Origin: the human T2T-CHM13v2.0 reference genome, Homo sapiens | Assembly: GCF_009914755.1 (NCBI RefSeq) | Contig: NC_060926.1 | Strand: one strand, 5' to 3' | Length of the DNA: 64,000 nucleotides | Shown: positions 58,602 through 64,000 of the stretch, piece after piece | Layout of the letters: each line of letters opens with the position of its first letter | How positions within the stretch are numbered: position 1 is the first letter of the stretch | Program-made: the position numbers and the translations under genes | Notes under the pieces: model-generated | What the model saw: the letters and a program-made list of their open reading frames with translations, nothing else | Databases searched by the model: none | Told to the model about the DNA's origin: nothing

Positions 58602-60441
58602 TTAATAAATTTAAAGTCTTTTTTTAAAAGTAGTTCAGAAAATGCAATATATGAGATCACAGTGGTTAAGACACAGCTTTTAGTCAAAGAAACTCAGTTT
58701 TAAATCCTGATCCAGTCCCTTAGTAACACTGTGGCTTTGGGCAAGTGATTTAAAATCTTTAAGCCTGGGCTTCTCATCTTAAAAATGTGACTAAGATAGA
58801 AATACTGTTGAGAATTTCTAGGAGAAAGAGTATAAACTGCTTAGTCTAAGGTCTGGGAGAAGATAAGCCCTTGCTCTGTGATAGTCCTTATTCATATCAT
58901 TGTTTCATTATTACTCATTAACAATAAAGGATAGATGGAGATCCTTGAATGTTCCTTTCCTTGCAAACTTATTTTGGTGCACGTCCCATAAGTTTGCAAA
59001 AGATCAAATTACATGATCTTGGCCTTCTGGCAGAACAACTTTATCAGTCTCAAAAGTAACCTCTAAACTCTTTTTTCCAGATAACTGGAGGCTGCCCACA
59101 TAATATTTGGCTTCTAAGTCTTGGAATGATTGTCATTTTGCAGAGAGCTCCTGCCAGCTGAATTGGAGACCAGGCATGCTGGTTACAAAGTCAGTGAATC
59201 TTCTAACCCTTTAAATAAGAAAGTGATTTAATCTTTACAGTTTAAATCACAAAAAAATGCCTATATCCCTAAGAATCCATTGAATTCTGATAAAATGTGG
59301 GCCTTGCGTACCCTTAGAGGGATAAAAATGTATACAGATTCAATTCAATCATTCAGGCTAATAAAAGAAAGACTTATAAATGATATGCAAATTAGGTAAC
59401 ACATACGCAAATCATAAGCCAAGTCTTTCTGTGAATTAAACAATCAAGAATTGTCTCTACCAAGTATTTCTGAAGAGAATTAGGAGGAAAGTATAACTGT
59501 CATCTGGTAACATGCAGGTAAAATATCCAGGCGTATGGAGGAGGGGGAGGGGAGAAAAAGGATGTGGATGATTCTGCCGTTTCAGATCCTTGGAAAGTGT
59601 GTTTGGGGAGAGGAGCTGGGAGTTTCTGCTCCCAGCCAGACCGTGTTATTCCAAGCACATGTTGTCAAGAGTTAGTGGCAGCTCGTTTCTCAGAATGACT
59701 CTAGCTTTCAGAGGGTTCTGAACTCAACACTTGTTTTAGATATTCTGAGGTGTTCACTAGTCCAAGAACCTCTAATTCCTTGGAAAATAGCCATATTTAC
59801 AAAACTTGTTTTCTCTTTTTTTGGAAAGACCATTTTCTACCCATGCTTGAAAACTTTATTTCATACATGTTTCCTGTGCCAGGCCCTATGGGAAGCACTC
59901 CGCATGCAGTATTTTACTGAATGTCCAAGACTTAGGCACATGAGCCCTAAGAGACCTGCAGGAGTAGGGAGACTATGAATCTCTCTCTTGACTCCAAACC
60001 CATGTTCGTTCTCCAAACATTAACGAAAAACTACAAGAGAATGATGCAGAGTTCCGCCCTCTACAGAGGCAGGCATTATCTAGCAGCGGAAATAGACCCG
60101 TCTGACGCCAAATGAGATGGAGAAAATAAACACTGCCAATGAAATACTGGGGGTGGGGCAATTAAAGAAAGGAAAATTGCATCTACTTGGAGCCATCAGA
60201 AGAGATTTCATGGAGGAGGTGGTACGTGAACTGCGCTTAATGTATCTGTTGCAGGGGGAGATGGGAGACATTCCAGAGAATAGAGCAACAAGAGGTAAAA
60301 ACATGCAGAGGAGTTCCTGAACCACAAATAGTAGACTTTGGCCAGAACGTGAGTTTTGGACATTGGAAGGATAGGACTTTTTATGGTAGTTACTAAACAC
60401 ATGTTGTGCTAGTTAATTCTGTTGGTAAATAAGAGATTTCT

Positions 60442-60751
60442 TTTTCTTTCTTTCTTTTTTTTTTTTAATTATACTTTAAGTTCTAGGGTACATGTGCACA
60501 ACGTGCAGGTTTGTTAGGGACATGGATGAAGCTGGAAATCATCATTCTCAGCAAACTATCGCAAGGACAAAAATACCAAACACCGAATGTTCTCACTCAT
60601 AGGTGGGAATTGAACAATGAGAACACTTGGACACAGGAAGGGGAACATCACACACCGGGGCCTGACGTGGGGTGGGGGGAGGGGGGAGGGATAGCATTAG
60701 GAGATATACCTAATGTAAATGACGAGTTAATGGGTGCAGCACACCAACGTG
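60442..60751 (-). mobile_element. Short L1PA (about PA4-5) insertion with 5' inversion (twin priming)
   Basis: 60442-60516 is antisense 3' tip with poly-T; 60515-60751 is sense 3' UTR; perfect 14-bp TSD AATAAGAGATTTCT at 60428-60441 and 60752-60765. Confidence 0.95.
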
Positions 60752-61199
60752 AATAAGAGATTTCTAAAAGCTCTTTATCAAGAGAAACGGTGACCTAAGA
60801 ACTGTGCCTGAGGAAGATTACCCTAGAGCTGTGTATAGGAAGGAGTGGGTTGGAGGAGATGGTAGGCTGGAAGATTCATCAGATGGCTTGTTTAGGATCT
60901 GATGAGGATGGCAGAGAAGGTGGGAGAGATGGCTGGGTGGTGGGTGAGGGCCCCACGACCACTCTCTGTCTTCACTAATATTTCCAGCACATAGCACATC
61001 ACCCGGTACTAAATGAGTACCAATGTGGAATGGATGGAAACCAGGCAGGAAAAGAGTGAGCAGGTGAGTGAACCAAGGAAGGAGGAGGAATAGAGCGAGG
61101 GAAAGTATTAGAGACATTGCTGACTAGGACTTTGGGAACTTGAGTTAAATATTCTCAACTTGTAAATGTCAATCCAAAAAAAAAAAAGAGTGCATATAA

Positions 61200-61390
61200 A
61201 AACTGGTAAAATCTGAGTGAGATCTGTTGTCTAGTTCATTGTATTCTGTCAGTGTCAGTTTCCTCGTTCTGATAATGTGCTATGTATGTAAGATGCTAAC
61301 ATTGAGGAAAGTTGGATGCAGGGGACATAAGACTTCTCTGTACACTTTTGGCAGCTTCTTGTGCGTTCATAATTAGTTCCAAACAAAAAG
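61200..61390 (+). mobile_element. Old L1M (L1MC/ME-like) 3' end
   Basis: CTGGTAAAATCTGAGT...GTCAGTTTCCT...CTCTGTACACTTTTGGCAGCTTCTTGTG. Confidence 0.6.
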
Positions 61391-62743
61391 AAATGTTAAT
61401 TGTAAGTCAACATAAGTTGCAAAACACTTTCATTGCCTTGTTCTATCAGACGGCTGTCCTTGTTCTTGCTTCCTGTCTTTGGCAGCTTCCCAGGCTAAGG
61501 CAGGACAGGATAACCGGATGGGTGAGATGGCCTCTGTTAGGCACCTCAGACTCAGTGACATGCCCCTGAATCTCTGATACTCTTCAAAAACATTGCCTTA
61601 ATCTCCCAAAAGAGTTGCTGTTTTTTCTGGAGGTATCAAAGTTTACAAGTTTTCCACTTCAAAACCTTTCTTATTCCGTGATCCAATACATTAAAAGAGC
61701 TTTAAAAATGTTATTGTCTTTCTATTAAAACTTTCTTTTATATTTCCTGCAACTCGGAATTGTTCAAATTATTAAAATTCCCCATGTCTTACTCTTCAGT
61801 CTACATAAGACATAATTCAATTTTTTTCTATTTACTTTTAATTGTTACCATGAAATAGGTCGAGCTTGAAGTACTCATACTTAATGAAAAAGCTTTTTAA
61901 AATTTTTAAAGTAAATGATTATAATGAAATAGTTAAATTCTGTCCTACAGTGAATCTATTACTCTGAAATAGCTCCAAGTATATTTAGAATAAAAGATGA
62001 GAAAGAAGAGGAAATTGTGGGCAACAGACATTTTTCATCACTGAGTTTGGAAGAACTATACACTAAACAAGTGCTACTCAAAGACTGGAAGTTTGAATAT
62101 TATTTAACTATAAGGAAATGGTACACCATGTGTCTTCCTCTATAATAAATTTACAGCATCTAGACATACAGTAAACACCTAGTAGAGCTTTCCTTTCTCC
62201 ACCTTTCTCCATCTCTTTTTCCCCCTTCTTCCTTCATTTTCTTATCTTAGAGAATGTGTCATCCATATTATACTGGACAACTTCCAATAAAAAACCTGCC
62301 ACATTTTCTAGGAAATAGGCTTGTCTGTTTCTTAATTTCAAGAGGCACATATAACCTGTAGGAAAGAAAACACATTGAGCTTTCATGTCACTTGAGCTTC
62401 AAAACCTAAATGTAGAAAACATCTCTAAATAAATAGACTCCAGGTTTCTTCAAAAAGTTGTTACTATGGAAGGAGTTATGGTCACTACTCTTAAGTTTTC
62501 TAAATATCTTATGAATATAATTCTGTTCAGCATTTGTGTAACGCTACTGTTTTCCAAATGCTTCATTTAAACCAACTCATTTGGTTAAAAATGTCATATG
62601 ACCATCTTTAAATATTAAAAAGGTATATTAGGATCTAAAACGTTTTTATACATTATCACTCAAACAGTATGAGTTAAAAAGTTTGGAGTGCCATTGATCA
62701 TTGATCAATATTCATGAATTTTTTCTGAAGTTCATTTTTTTAA

Positions 62744-63089
<346 letters not shown>

Positions 63090-64000
63090 GATACTATGGT
63101 CTTAAACAGATCATAATACATTACTCTTTTCTGTGTGCCATTATTCCTCCCCGATTTTTTTTTTTACATCTGTGTGATCATTTCAACCATCTACTTTGCC
63201 ACACAAAATCCATGTTTCTTAAAAACTCAGAATGCTGTTAATTCCTAATTACTACCCGCTTTTAAGTTTCCTTAATTATATGCTAAAATAAATGTATGCA
63301 TATAAAATGCTTAGAACAGTGCCTGGCTCACAATCAGTATTTAATAAATTATAGATATAATTATTATCAATAAGTTATATTTGCTACCTCTGCTTTATGC
63401 CTTTTAGAAGCACGATTTTAAAAATTCTTTAGCTGAGACTTTTAATTTTTATTTTTTGGCATTATTTAATATTTTGCTTTGTTTGTAAATCTACCATAAG
63501 GAATATGTGCAAAGACAAAGAACACTAGAAAACAGAGAAAATACTGAGCAATCCCCCATGTTCAAAACTGGTTTTGAGAAAAAAGCATTTTAAAAATTCT
63601 CCAACCTTCATTGCCTACTGCCTCTATCTAACTGCCGGAAAGATGTGGTGTACCTCTCATTATTAGTCTGCAATCTATCAGGCTATGTACACTATATAGT
63701 TCAGCAGTTCTAGTTCAGAGCAAATTAGCTTACACAAACAAAAAGCTGAGTCACTCTATAAGAAAACCAAGCCTTCCATTTTTATTTTTGGCATTGAAGC
63801 CCTGTTGCCTAGAGATTATGTTTACTGTAGAGTTAAAGAACGTTCATTTTCTTGGAACATTTCAGAAGAGGAGGTAACTCTCTGGGATGATGAGGTCATT
63901 TCTGAAGTTAACTGGGAGAGAAGTGAGTCTCTTGTAAGGGAAACAAGAACTTAGACGGAGCCCAAGTGAGCCGCAGAAAGGATCTTTCTTGGGTTTTTTG

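Overview
Primate (human-like) non-coding genomic DNA, roughly half interspersed repeats, with no intact protein-coding gene that I can support. The centrepiece is a 5.66-kb env-deleted HERV-H provirus (20553-26210, +) with two LTR7 copies, a tRNA-His PBS, a PPT, an ATCCC target-site duplication (TSD) and broken gag/pro/pol. A solo LTR7 lies 9.2 kb to its left on the opposite strand (10921-11363, -, GTCCA TSD), so the two promoters point away from each other. Other elements include L1s (one 4-kb copy and one twin-primed inverted copy), about 12 Alus, L2/MIR, MaLR/ERVL/ERV1 solo LTRs (MLT1, THE1, MLT2, MER61 x2, MER41, MER57), the hairpin MITEs MADE1 and MER53, and a Ricksha MuDR transposon with transposase remnants. 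The best leads are: (1) the solo LTR7 has a broken poly(A) signal and a perfect splice donor about 100 bp beyond it; (2) the proviral 5' LTR carries an AUG absent from the other two LTR7s that opens a 125-aa ESRG-like ORF, next to a weakened splice donor; (3) the two proviral LTRs have discordant R regions; (4) two locally templated insertions sit inside an MLT2 microsatellite. Repeat family names come from recalled consensus sequences and need RepeatMasker/Dfam confirmation. I cannot identify the locus and see no convincing wholly new biological system.
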